50,201 nucleotides of DNA from NCBI RefSeq assembly GCF_004010195.1, contig NC_057750.1, positions 375,353 through 425,553 of the forward strand, written 5' to 3'. This document shows positions 1-10,935 of this stretch, one piece after another (positions within the stretch are counted from its first letter, which is position 1; each line of letters opens with the position of its first letter). The position numbers were made by a program, and so were the translations under genes. A model generated the notes under the pieces. The model did no database searches. It worked only from the letters and a program-made list of their open reading frames with translations, and was not told where the DNA came from. The stretch comes from Chiloscyllium plagiosum (Eukaryota).

Positions 1-290
1 AGCATCTGCAGTCATTGTTTTTACCTCGTTGATTTTAACCCTACTGTGAATCCTCTTGCAAGGATGCCTGCCTTGAAGAAGTTTTCCTCCTCTCTCTACA
101 AGAATCTCAGGGAGTCTCTCTCTCATTGCAACTCCCAGGTCATTTCCTCAGCCTTGAAACTCTTATCTCTCCATGCTTCAGGCTCTCTGCCTTTATTCCT
201 GATGAAGGGCTTTTGCCCGAAACGTCGATTTTGCCTGTCCTCGGATGCTGCCTGAATTGCTGTGCTCTTCCAGCACCACTGATCCAGAAT
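1..290 (+). mobile_element. Penelope-like element terminal region, partial tandem: pLTR end, probable ORF N-terminus, then a second pLTR copy with a hammerhead motif
   Basis: Bases 1-26 and 252-290 are the reverse complement of the terminus attached to the GIY-YIG fragment at 19321-19653. CTGATGA-A-GGGC-TTTT-GCCC-GAAACGTC at 199-226. That MPALKKFSSSLYKNL... is the PLE ORF start is inference. Confidence 0.8.
199..226 (+). ncRNA. Minimal type I hammerhead ribozyme motif with intact core (family A)
   Basis: CUGAUGA, extra A, stem II GGGC/UUUU/GCCC, GAAA, palindromic ACGU, GUC triplet. Stem I is only ~2 bp (TC/GA). Activity cannot be shown from sequence. Confidence 0.8.
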
Positions 291-452
291 CATTTAAGAT
301 GCGTCAGGACAGATGCATGTGTAGGTGGGGAGCAGAGGGATACAGATGCTTAGGAATTGACCGACAGGTTTAGACAGTCCATTTGGATCAGTTCAGGCTT
401 GGAGGTTCGAAGGGTCTGTTCCTGGGCTGTAAATTTTCTTTGTTCTTTGTTC
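291..452 (+). mobile_element. CR1 LINE 3' tail
   Basis: ...gaagggtctgttcctgggctgta followed by a (TTCTTTG)n tail, as in other CR1 ends in the window. Confidence 0.7.
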
Positions 453-647
453 TTTATTGCAAATTGAATCAGTACCAGAAAACAGCCTGGGAATCATTGT
501 GAAGGAATATTTTCTTGTTCTTAAATACAGTTCTCTCGTGATTTGAATTAAGATTAACTTTATTGCCTCAATAAGCAAGCACACCAACAAGGAGCAGGGG
601 TAGGCCATTCAGCCTCTTGAGCCTGCTACACCATTCAATTTGATCAT

Positions 648-745
648 ACAACACCAGGTTAGAGTCCAACAGATTTAAAAATCCCACAACACCAGGTTAG
701 AGTCCAACAGATTTAAAAATCCCACAACACCAGGTTATAGTCCAA
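648..745. repeat. 38-bp tandem repeat (~2.6 copies) of the PLE terminus
   Basis: acaacaccaggttagagtccaacagatttaaaaatccc starts at 648 and 686, with a partial copy at 724. Confidence 0.95.
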
Positions 746-761
746 TAGGTTTATTTGGAAG

Positions 762-796
762 CACTAGCTTTCAGAGCACTGCTCCTTCATCCGGTG
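762..796 (-). ncRNA. Degenerate hammerhead motif (family B, U4>G)
   Basis: Reverse complement: CAC-CGGATGA-A-GGAGC-AGT-GCTCT-GAAAGCTA-GTG; stem I CAC/GTG, palindromic AGCT. Confidence 0.7.
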
Positions 797-2749
797 GTTA
801 TGAAGCAGGACCATAAGACACAGAATTTATAGCAAAAGATTACACTGTCATGCAACTGAAATGATAAACCTAGATTGTCATTCATCTTTTAGAATGGGTT
901 TTGCTCAGTTCGGTTCATTAACATGTAAATCCCAGGACTTCTTTTAAGTCTCATTCTCAAGATAACTTCAGGTTTTCACACAAGAGGTGCCATCTCAGTT
1001 CAGACAATGCACTGAAGGTATGAGGTTAAAGTCTGTCTCTGTCCCAATCTTGTGTCAGACTGGTTCTATTTCTAAAGTGGGATTTCTAGAATATTACATG
1101 GATTGACTGAGCAAAATAGAATGTATCTGCAAATATAATTCTGCAGATATAAATACACCCCATAATCTTATATGTTTGCACGTGCAGGAGAGACAAAGTC
1201 TGTGCATGTGAGTGTGTGCATGTGGGTGTGAATGCATGTGAGAAAGTGTGTGTTTGTGTTTGTGTAAACTCGGTAAAGTGTGTATGTGAGTGTGATGGGG
1301 TATAAGCCTGTGAGAGAGTGCAAGCGTGAGTGTGAGTGCGGGGGATGTATGTGTGTGTATATGAGAGAGAGCTTGTGTATGACAGAAGGTCTGCGTGAGT
1401 TTGTGAGTATGTAAGCGCGTGCGTGTGTGTGTGAGAGAGTGTATAGGACTGAATAGTGCAGTGGGGTCGCCTGTAGTGTGTCATGAGCCCAAGGTCCAGG
1501 TTGAGGCCATTTCCATGAATACTAAACTTGGCTTTCAGCCACTTTGCATTGTTGTCTGTCCCAAAGTCCGCCATGGAGGATGGTCATCCAACAGTCCGAG
1601 GCCGAATGCCCCAGTACGCTGAAGGGTTGCCCGACTGGGAGGGAACACCCCTGTCTGGTGATCATTGTGCAGTGTCCATTCATCATTTGTCATACTGTCT
1701 GCGGTCTCGCCGATATACTATGCCTTGGGTTGTCCTTGCTTGTAGCATACAAAATAGACACTATTGTCTGAATCACATGAGTCCCTGCCGACTACACCAC
1801 CCACCATTTATGTGGCAGGGACTCATGTGACTCTGCCAACATTATCTACCTAATACGCTGCATGCAAGGATGCCCTGAGGCATGGTACATTGGCGAGACC
1901 GAGCAGAGATACGGCAGTGGATGAATGGATACTGCACAATGATCATCTGGCAGAAGTGTCCCCTCCCAGTCAGAGAACACTTCAGTGGTCTGGGACGATT
2001 GGCCTCAGACTGTCAGGTGATCATCCTCCAAGGTGGACTTTGGAACAGGCAATGATGCAGAGTAGCCGAGCAGAGTCTTATAGCCAAGTTCAGTACCCAT
2101 GAGGACGACCTCAACTGGGACCTTGGGTTCATGTCACACTCCAGGTCACCCCACTACACACACACACACACACACTCTTACATACTCATACTCATACAAA
2201 AGGTCTCTCTCATACCCCCCCACAATCACACCCACACAAGCACCTCTCACAGACTTATACCCCATCACACTCACACACACACTTTATCAAGTATACACAA
2301 ACGCAAACACACACTGTCTCACATGCATTCACACCCACATGCACACACTCTGTCTCTCCTGCACACGCAAACATATAAGTTTATGGAATGTATTTATATC
2401 TGCAGAATTATATTGGCAGATACATTCTATTTTGCTCAGTCAATCCATGTAATATTCTAGAAATCCCACTTTAGAAATAGAACCAGTCTGACACAAGATT
2501 GGGACAGAGGCAGACTTTAACCTCATACTTTTAGTGCATTGTCTGAACTGAGATGGCACCTTTTGTGAGAAAAACTGAAGTTATCTTGAGAATGAGACTT
2601 AAAAGAAGTTCTGGGATCTACATGTTAATGAATCGAAATGAGCAAAACCCATTCTAAAAGATGAATGACAATCTAGGTTTATCATTTCAGTTGCATGGCA
2701 GTGTAATCTTTTGCTATAAATTCTGTGTCGTATGGTCCTGCTTCATAAC

Positions 2750-2784
2750 CACCCGATGAAGGAGCAGTGCTCTGAAAGCTAGTG
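2750..2784 (+). ncRNA. Degenerate hammerhead motif (family B, U4>C)
   Basis: CAC-CCGATGA-A-GGAGC-AGT-GCTCT-GAAAGCTA-GTG. Confidence 0.7.
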
Positions 2785-3002
2785 CTTCCAAATAAACCTA
2801 TTGGACTATAACCTGGTGTTGTGGGATTTTTAACTTTGCCCACCCCAGTCCAACACTAGCTCATCCAAATCAATTTGATCATTGTTGATGTGATTTTAAC
2901 ATCAAATCCATATTCCTACCTACCCCTGATAACCTTTCACCTTTCACTTGCTTAACAAGAATCTATCTACTTCTGCCTTAAAATTCTAATTCATTCCAAA
3001 AA

Positions 3003-3312
3003 TGTGGGCATCACTGGCTGGGCCTGCATTTATTGCCCACCCCTAATTGACCAGAGGGCAGGTGAGAGTCAACCACAGCTGTGGGTCTGGATTCACATGT
3101 AGGCCAGACCAGGTAAAGATGGCAATTTCCAGATAAGATTTTCCCTGACAGTTGACAATGGATTCATGGTCATCATTAGACTTTCAATTCCAGATTTTTA
3201 TTCAACTCAAATTCCACCATCTGTCGTGTCAGGATTCAAACCCAGGTCCCTAGAACCTTATCTGAGTCCCTGCATTAACAGTCCTTGTGGTACACCACTC
3301 GACTATCACTTC
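3003..3312 (-). mobile_element. tRNA-derived SINE with a LINE-shared tail
   Basis: B-box-like ggattcaaacccagg on the reverse strand. Tail gtgggcatcactggctgggcctgcatttattgccc resembles the LINE end at 37912. Related copies at ~21765-22095, ~35445-35590 and ~41410-41610. Confidence 0.75.
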
Positions 3313-3499
3313 ACATTCAAGGACTCACCTTTTATGGAAGAAGTTCCAAAGACTGACAATCCTCGTAAAAAAGATTTTGCTCAATCTCGTCTTAAATGGG
3401 TGACTCCTGATTTCTAAACAATGGACACTAGTTTTAGATTTTCCCATCCTCTCCATCCTGTCAGTACTCCTTGGGATCCTATATGATTCAATCAAAATT

Positions 3500-3592
3500 A
3501 GTATAAAAGAGGGTGAACTCCAAACATTAACTGTTTTCTCTTCGCAGATGGTACCAGACCGACTGAGTTTCTCCAATAATTTCTGTTTGTAG
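3500..3592 (+). mobile_element. Decayed PLE terminus (family C)
   Basis: aaacattaactgttttctcttcgcagatggtaccagaccgactgagtttctccaataatttctgttt resembles 9661-9735. Confidence 0.65.
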
Positions 3593-3626
3593 TCTGTTTT
3601 AGTATTGACAGGGGTTGGGTTGTGTA

Positions 3627-5141
3627 GAGCTTAGGAGAGCTAAGAGAGGGCATGAAAAATCTTTGGCGGATAGGATCAAGGATAACCCCAAGGCATTTTA
3701 TGCGTATGTGAGAAACATGAGAATGACGAGAACGAGGGTAGGTCCGATCAAGGACAGCAGTGGTAGACTGTGTATTGAGTCGGAAGAGATAGAAGAGGTC
3801 TTGAANNNNNNNNNNNNNNNNNNNNNNNNNNNNNNNNNNNNNNNNNNNNNNNNNNNNNNNNNNNNNNNNNNNNNNNNNNNNNNNNNNNNNNNNNNNNNNN
3901 NNNNNNNNNNNNNNNNNNNNNNNNNNNNNNNNNNNNNNNNNNNNNNNNNNNNNNNNNNNNNNNNNNNNNNNNNNNNNNNNNNNNNNNNNNNNNNNNNNNN
4001 NNNNNNNNNNNNNNNNNNNNNNNNNNNNNNNNNNNNNNNNNNNNNNNNNNNNNNNNNNNNNNNNNNNNNNNNNNNNNNNNNNNNNNNNNNNNNNNNNNNN
4101 NNNNNNNNNNNNNNNNNNNNNNNNNNNNNNNNNNNNNNNNNNNNNNNNNNNNNNNNNNNNNNNNNNNNNNNNNNNNNNNNNNNNNNNNNNNNNNNNNNNN
4201 NNNNNNNNNNNNNNNNNNNNNNNNNNNNNNNNNNNNNNNNNNNNNNNNNNNNNNNNNNNNNNNNNNNNNNNNNNNNNNNNNNNNNNNNNNNNNNNNNNNN
4301 NNNNNNNNNNNNNNNNNNNNNNNNNNNNNNNNNNNNNNNNNNNNNNNNNNNNNNNNNNNNNNNNNNNNNNNNNNNNNNNNNNNNNNNNNNNNNNNNNNNN
4401 NNNNNNNNNNNNNNNNNNNNNNNNNNNNNNNNNNNNNNNNNNNNNNNNNNNNNNNNNNNNNNNNNNNNNNNNNNNNNNNNNNNNNNNNNNNNNNNNNNNN
4501 NNNNNNNNNNNNNNNNNNNNNNNNNNNNNNNNNNNNNNNNNNNNNNNNNNNNNNNNNNNNNNNNNNNNNNNNNNNNNNNNNNNNNNNNNNNNNNNNNNNN
4601 NNNNNNNNNNNNNNNNNNNNNNNNNNNNNNNNNNNNNNNNNNNNNNNNNNNNNNNNNNNNNNNNNNNNNNNNNNNNNNNNNNNNNNNNNNNNNNNNNNNN
4701 NNNNNNNNNNNNNNNNNNNNNNNNNNNNNNNNNNNNNNNNNNNNNNNNNNNNNNNNNNNNNNNNNNNNNNNNNNNNNNNNNNNNNNNNGAAGGATGAGGG
4801 GTGACTTGATCGAGGTTTATAAGATGATCAGAGGAATAGGTAGAGTAGACAGTCAGAAACTTTTTCCCCGGGCACAACCGAGTGTTACAAGGGGACATAA
4901 ATTTAAGGTGAAGGGTGGAAGGTATAGGGGAGATGTCAGGGGTGGGTTCTTTACCCAGAGAGTGGTGGGGGCATGGAATGCGCTGCCTGTGGTAGTGGTA
5001 GAGTCAGAATCTTTGGTGACCTTTAAGCGGCATTTGGATAGGTACATGGATGGGTGCTTAAGCTAGGACAAATGTTCGGCACAACATCGTGGGCCGAAGG
5101 GCCTGTTCTGTGCTGTATTGTTCTATGTTCTATGTTCTATG
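3627..5141 (+). mobile_element. Young 5'-truncated CR1 LINE spanning an assembly gap
   Basis: ELRRAKRGHEKSLADRIKDNPKAFYAYV before the gap and RMRGDLIEVYKMIRG...FFTQRVVGAWNALP after it; (TTCTATG)n tail at 5121-5141. Confidence 0.92.
3806..4788. other. Assembly gap (N run)
   Basis: Continuous N. Confidence 1.
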
Positions 5142-5759
5142 TAGACAGTGGAGGGAAAGGATCAAGTGTTGACGGTCATTCTGCTTTGCAGACTGAGCAG
5201 AGAGTCAGCTGAGGAGTTGGTTGCAAAAGTCTGGAAACGAGACCCCCTGCTACTACTGAGTCTAGATGCATGACTCAGACTTACGACCTCACCGAGACCT
5301 TTCAATAGGAGGGCATTGAGAAATTTACATCAGCTGCTACTGGTTTTATTAAGCTACTGGTTTGATTCAGCTTTTTAAACGTTATCCAAGCTTCTGATGG
5401 TAGTTTTACTGTTAGACCTCTATTACACTGAAGTGAGTGGGTCATGGCCAAAATGTTTAAAATTGTACAATCTCTCCTCACTTGAACTGAAGTTTAAATG
5501 AAATCCTGACACTTTGATGTTCATCTTGTGCCTCTTGGATAAAGCAGATGAATCTCATTCACCTTTGGAAGAGTTTGAGAAGGCCAAAAACATTTTCAGA
5601 TTAAATAAAGGTTATATTAATACATTCCTGAGTTAAACATTCTCAATTAAAGATTTTAACATTAGATACTGGGGAGATCAGGCATATTCCTGAACAAGCC
5701 ACTTCTCAGAATGGCCAGCATTCCTGAACATGTTGAAAGTAAGTATAAGATTTTTAATA

Positions 5760-5857
5760 AATAAACAGTGAACGCTGGAGAAACTCAGCAGGTCTGGCCG
5801 CATCTGTGGAGAGAGAAGCAGAGTTAACATTTTAAGTCCAGTGACATTCCTTCAGAT
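5760..5857 (-). mobile_element. Short PLE terminus (family C) ending at a decayed hammerhead core
   Basis: gctggagaaactcagcaggtctggccgcatctgtggagagagaagcagagttaacatttt...ccttcaga. Confidence 0.75.
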
Positions 5858-6236
5858 TTGTAACTGAGGTTTTAAGTTGCCGACATCCAATACTGTTACC
5901 AAACTGTCCTGATCATTAGGCATGGAAATCCCAGCACCGTATTTAACTTGCAGGAGCACGATGAGAAACAGGCTCATCTTCATATTTACAAGAGATTCTG
6001 ATTCAATGAATTATATTGAAGGTCAATGACTGCTCTTATGGAAGTTATTGATATTGACATTTTTCACACGAAGATCTTGCACAAATATTTTGCCAGTCAA
6101 AGTAAAAATCTGGTGAGATGTAAAACAGTTTTTGGAATCACTATTGAACAACTTTGTGCTATGCCCTGCCTCACTCAAAATCAACCTCCTTATTTCTTGA
6201 AGTCTGGAATTGGTTGCAATAACTTCAGCATTGTGA

Positions 6237-6298
6237 TGTGGAGGAGCCGGTTTTGGACTGGGGTGGACAAAGTTAAAAACCTGGTGTGGTCTGATTTT
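6237..6298. mobile_element. 62-bp PLE (family B) terminal micro-insertion with an internal inversion
   Basis: Matches 12603-12640 and then its complement; 17-bp TSD taacttcagcattgtga at 6220-6236 and 6299-6315. Confidence 0.85.
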
Positions 6299-7240
6299 TA
6301 ACTTCAGCATTGTGAGTATTGTAGCCTGTGCCCTATGTATCAGACCATGATGAAAAGCTGCATTGTCTTTGCTTCAGTGATGTTGAAGCATCTCACTTAC
6401 TTTTGAACATGTTTCAGTTTAGTTGAATGGAATTCATGTTAGGAATGGAATCCTTATCACTTTGTACATCGAGATTCGCTATTAAACACTCAGAAAGCAA
6501 GGCTATTAAATCTTAGAAAAACATCAATTACTTTAAAATAAACATGAAGAATGTGATTCTTCAAATGTAAAATATTTTATTAAAATAAATGAATATGTAA
6601 GGTAATAGAGTTTTAATAATTGAAGTGTTCCATTCTCAGATAAATGTATTTTAATAATTTATTCACAGAGACACTAGTTAATCCCACATAACGTTACAAA
6701 TGGGAAGCCAAGACCACTGTAGTTTTTAGGTGAGTTTCAGTTACAAATAGACAATTTAATTGCAGTCGGATACAAATTATCTCCATCATAAAGTCATATA
6801 TTCTGCCTGCATTTTAATGTTATAGATTCTTCAGCCCATTTTACATGGAGTAGAATTTAATTGGTCTTCCACCAGTGATGATGATACAAAGTCTCCGTCA
6901 GTGACAGCATGTAGTAACAACACAGGTTTACATGAAGCATTTAAAAATGTGGACACAAGAACTTATAACATGAAAGTCACCAGGAAGTGTGGAAATGTTT
7001 TAATAAACATATGTATTAATGGACCACAGACAGCCTAACTCACAGCAAATCAGAGGACCACCTTTGTTTTAAGCAAAGAAGCATCATATTGAAGGACACC
7101 TTCTACATTTGTCTGTCTTTAAGATGGGTCAATGTCCATTAAGTTACAAAGTTTACAAATCTACAATTCCTGAGGTCAATTGTAGAGTACTTGTATCTTT
7201 AACCAGGATAATGAACCATCAAGCAACAGTGACTTTGTTT

Positions 7241-7360
7241 GCGAGATTTGAGAAGATTTGTAGCTCAGGTTGAGGTTCTGGATATAAGTTTGCTCGTTGA
7301 GCTGGAAGGTTTGTTTTCATGAAACAAGTCTTCCAGCTCAGCGAGCAAACTTATATCCAA
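7241..7360. mobile_element. Short fold-back insertion, probably the terminus of another PLE family
   Basis: Hairpin arms 7279-7320 and 7321-7359, flanked by tgactttgttt and tgactttattt. The family assignment is from recall only. Confidence 0.6.
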
Positions 7361-7499
7361 TGACTTTATTTCACAAAGTGTGTTTTCCACCTTGAATATT
7401 TTCCAATTGAATAAGAACTAATCTGCATTGTGTATAATTTCATCATGTCTTACAAGAAATGAATTTTGTTTAAAGGTGAAGTTGTTACTGAACCAGAGG

Positions 7500-7672
7500 A
7501 CAATGGCATTGCTCTCTTATTAGAAAGAGAAGATGGTGGTGATTTAACTTGACGGTCGCCATGCCCCAGGCTAGGGGGAAGGTCAAGAAAGAGAATCCTT
7601 CATGGTACAGCAGGTACAGGAATTGAACTCACGTTGCTAGTGCATTACCAACCAGCTGTCCAGCCAACTGAG
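7500..7672 (-). mobile_element. tRNA-derived SINE (same family as 21368 and 30958)
   Basis: Reverse complement ctcagttggctggacagct...gagttcaattcctgtacc...gttaaatcaccacca matches 30958-31115. Confidence 0.75.
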
Positions 7673-9634
7673 CATGCAATTGTGTAGACAAAGACAGTGA
7701 TCAGTTGTACCAACAGATTAATTGTGATGGTTGAAGGAAAACTATTGGTCAGGACATTGGACAAGTTTTATGTTTTACCAATGACCTTAATGATGCATTT
7801 GAGCAGAGAGCTCTTGCCACCAGAAGGAACACCGACTGTTTTGGTTCAGTCTCACCAAGAGCACTAGGGGGTAGCCATTGGTGCTCCTTCTAAATGAAAC
7901 GGGCACAGAACCTGAGACCCATCAGTTTTGTGTGACTCAATACCTCAGCAGGCAGAAGCACAAAGAAAGTGTCATATTTTCAGACTAATATTATGGCAAT
8001 GTTATTTCTACCACAATTTCAACAGGCTCCCATTATACAAAATAACTATTACTAATTACTCACACGAAATAACATTTAATTGAAAGTAGGGTTAAAAATA
8101 TTGCCATTTGTTCCATTTAAAGCAGAACTAATTTGTTTCATTCAAAAACTGAAAGGTGAGATAAGCTTGGCCAGGGTCACTTTAATGTTGAAACATCCGA
8201 ATGGGTAAGTCATTAAATGTTATTTACAATCAATTATAAATAAATTCTTAAAAGCGATTTTAAAAATAATGTTGTTTGAATTGTTGCCTGTTCTGAATGT
8301 TGAGTAACTCACTGCAAGGGATAAGCTTCTAATGAGTCCATTTGAAATGCTGAAAAAATGTTAGTGGTCACACTCCAGTAAGTGCTGCCAAGAATCATTA
8401 CCATGAGGATGTTGTACCATGGAGGTGAACAGGCAGGGGTTTGATCCATTGAGATTCTAAGTCCAGGCATATTTATCTCTGGATTCCTTTAAGCATACTT
8501 CAAAAAAAAAGTAGGTTTGTTAATTTTTCTACATTGCATAATTCTATAAAAATGTTGAGACATTTGCTTATCTTTAATAAGTGGTTCCTTAATTGATTCA
8601 GCTAGAAACCATTGGAATGAAACCAGGAACTAGGAAATCAACAAGACAATAGTTTAGAAAGATTAAGACAGATAATCTTCCATATGGTGTAGAAATATGC
8701 ACAACTGATTAAATACTGGAAAGATTTATTGTGAGCAGTTCCGAAGCATTTTAGCATAAATAATCCAGTATCTTCAGATTTGTTTCTGTTAACAAATGTG
8801 TTAGAAGAGAATAGAGAGAGAGAGAGGCTCACATTTAAACAGCATTGAAATACAGAGGTGTATTTCAGATAGGTTTCACACAAAACACACTTTGAAATTC
8901 AGGGACTTTTGTCCATCTGAAAATATCACTGAAGTGGCAGGGGTGGGGGATCAGAATGAGCCAGTGAGGGAGAAGCTGAACGTTATAGTAGCCTCTTTGC
9001 TGAAGTCACTCTGGTAAAGTCTGCAGTTGGCATCACAGTAGGAGACTGTAGAAATTAGGCGTCTTCAAACATGTCACGCAGTTGTTTCTGGGCCAACTGT
9101 ATGTGGGTGGCAGATATTTGAGAGGCCCTTGAGCTGGCATCTATGTCAAAGTTCCACTTTCCCCTCCAACTTCAGGATAGATCCAGTGTGGTGCCGATGT
9201 TCAGCAATGTGGCTGTAATTGATGGAGCAACCGCTGACAGCAGGAATGCTGCAGTCAGCAAAAGTGGTGCCAGAGAAAACAGCGAGCAGCAATGAGAAAA
9301 CATTGCACCATCAATAATACAGAAACAGGAGGAGAGCTGGTCTGGAAAAGGAACAATACAAGTCTGAAAAATCAAATAGGCTCTGCTAAGGAGGACAGAT
9401 CTTCGTTTAAAATGGACATTAATGCAAACAAGAGTGTTACAGATGTAAATCACATGCAATTAAACTGGAGATCAATCTTTATGAATTTAAGTAATATAGG
9501 GAGGAAAGTAGGCCCTACCCACCAAGTGATACCAAATTTAAATTGTTCCTTTCCAACTGACTTGGGAAAGAGAGAATCTCCAACCTTTAAATGACACAGG
9601 CTGACAATCAACACTGAAGAAGTTCTGTTCTTCT

Positions 9635-9770
9635 CTCTGACACGAAGGGTCACTAGATCCGAAACGTTAACTCTGATTTCTCTCCACAGATGTTGCCAGA
9701 CCTGCCGAGCTTTTCCAGCAATTTCTGTTTTTGTTTCTGATTTACAGCATTCACAGTTCTTTCAGTTTTT
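9635..9770 (+). mobile_element. Short PLE terminus (family C) beginning at a hammerhead motif with a 2-nt core insertion
   Basis: ctgacacga-a-gggtc-acta-gatcc-gaaacgtt-aac, then ...cagatgttgccagacctgccgagcttttccagc. Confidence 0.8.
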
Positions 9771-10614
9771 ATGGAGTGCAAACATATACCTGAACCTCCA
9801 GTTAGCTTTATCTTGGCTTTAATTCTTTTCAAAAACTATGCTCCAAGGCTATAACTGATCTTGGTAAGGCTGAATTTATTCTCCATTTCCAAATACCCTT
9901 AAAAAAAGTCAGAAACATTCAAAATTATTTGGTTTTACAACTGAGTAAGGCCACCTTAAATGGACAGTATGACTAAAATTGGTAGTCATGCGAGATCATA
10001 GACTCCATATTTTTGATTCAATTAAAGCTTTATTGTCACATGGTTGAGTTTATACAACATTTCAGCAGCTTCTGCAGTCATTGTGTGCAGCCCCAAATTA
10101 TCATTAACAAATAACTTTCCACAGTAGGTTAGGAATTCATGACCACTATTTCTAGACCCAAACTATAACCACAGCCATCACCTGTTTGAACCTTTGGTTA
10201 GTAATTCATGACCTGTTCCATAAAGCATTGTCTAGTGTTGCACTAAATCATAAAGTCTGGTCTATCTGAGTTTTCTCAACAAGAGAAATGACTGGAGGAA
10301 AAATGGGGGATTATAATTGCCCTGAATGCATTGAATGGTTGACTATATCAGTACTCTACGAGGATAGATTTGATATGAAAATCATTTGGCATGAATTGTC
10401 TTAATTGCCTCTCTCTCCCTTCTCTCCCTTGTCTTGAATGGGCCAGTTGTCAGTATTTTTCCATAACTCAGACTAAAGGTGAGTGTTGGCAGAATATCTT
10501 CTCACTGGCGCCAGGTTGACATTTACATTAGAGACATTCCTGAACCAAGCAGTGGCTGGATATCCACCAGGAACAGAATCTTCCCCATATTTAGTTCATG
10601 GCTACTGAAAATAG

Positions 10615-10935
10615 CACTACCACCTGCAAGCTCCTCTCCAAGCCACTCACTGCACTAACTCAGGAATATATTACTTCATCAATGCACTATCCTGCACCAT
10701 TTAAAGGTTTGGAGATTCTCTCTTTCCTAGGTCAGTGGGAAAGGAACTATTTAAATTTGGCATCATATGGTGGATAGAGCCTACTTTCTGTGTTGCTGGG
10801 TCAAATTCCTGTAATTTCCTTCCTAACAGCATTGTGGGTCAACCTACAACATGTGAAATGCAACAATTGAAGAAGGCAGCTCCATGGATGGGCAATAAAT
10901 GTTGGCCCAGTCAGTGATGCCAATGTCCCACTCAA
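10615..10935 (+). mobile_element. LINE (L2/CR1-group) 3' tail interrupted by a locally templated insert
   Basis: gcaagctcctctccaagccactcac...gggtcaaattcctg...ggatgggcaataaatgttggcc matches the reverse complement of 37912-38130. Confidence 0.7.

Larger units (their letters stand above)
648..2869. mobile_element. Penelope-like fold-back: two inverted 5'-truncated copies (GIY-YIG C-terminus, CA-rich tract, 3' pLTR with hammerhead motif)
   Basis: Arms ~715-1789 and 1814-2832 are reverse complements around a 24-nt loop. The right arm translates NIIYLIRCMQGCPEAWYIGETEQ...LIAKFSTHEDDLNWDLGFMSH (GIY-YIG). 13-bp TSD tcaatttgatcat at 635-647 and 2870-2882. Confidence 0.92.
590..3495 (-). mobile_element. 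Old CR1 3' fragment split by later insertions (pieces 590-647, 2870-2985, ~3317-3495)
   Basis: ggagcaggggtaggccattcagcctcttgagcctgctacaccattcaa is the reverse-strand CR1 tail motif also seen at 17110 and 49052. The sequence resumes after the fold-back and the SINE. Confidence 0.7.

Noticed and set aside
1086..2460. His/Thr-rich ORFs on both strands
   Set aside because: Translations of the CA-rich tract in the two PLE arms.
3498..5066. 466-aa and 483-aa ORFs
   Set aside because: They are open only because they run through the N gap; the real portions are CR1 ORF2.
8940..9300. Possible coding exon (acceptor-like ...aacttcag at ~9175; reverse frame EKWNFDID...)
   Set aside because: Short frames with stops, no recognisable protein and no partner exon. 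A BLASTX or RNA-seq hit would be needed.
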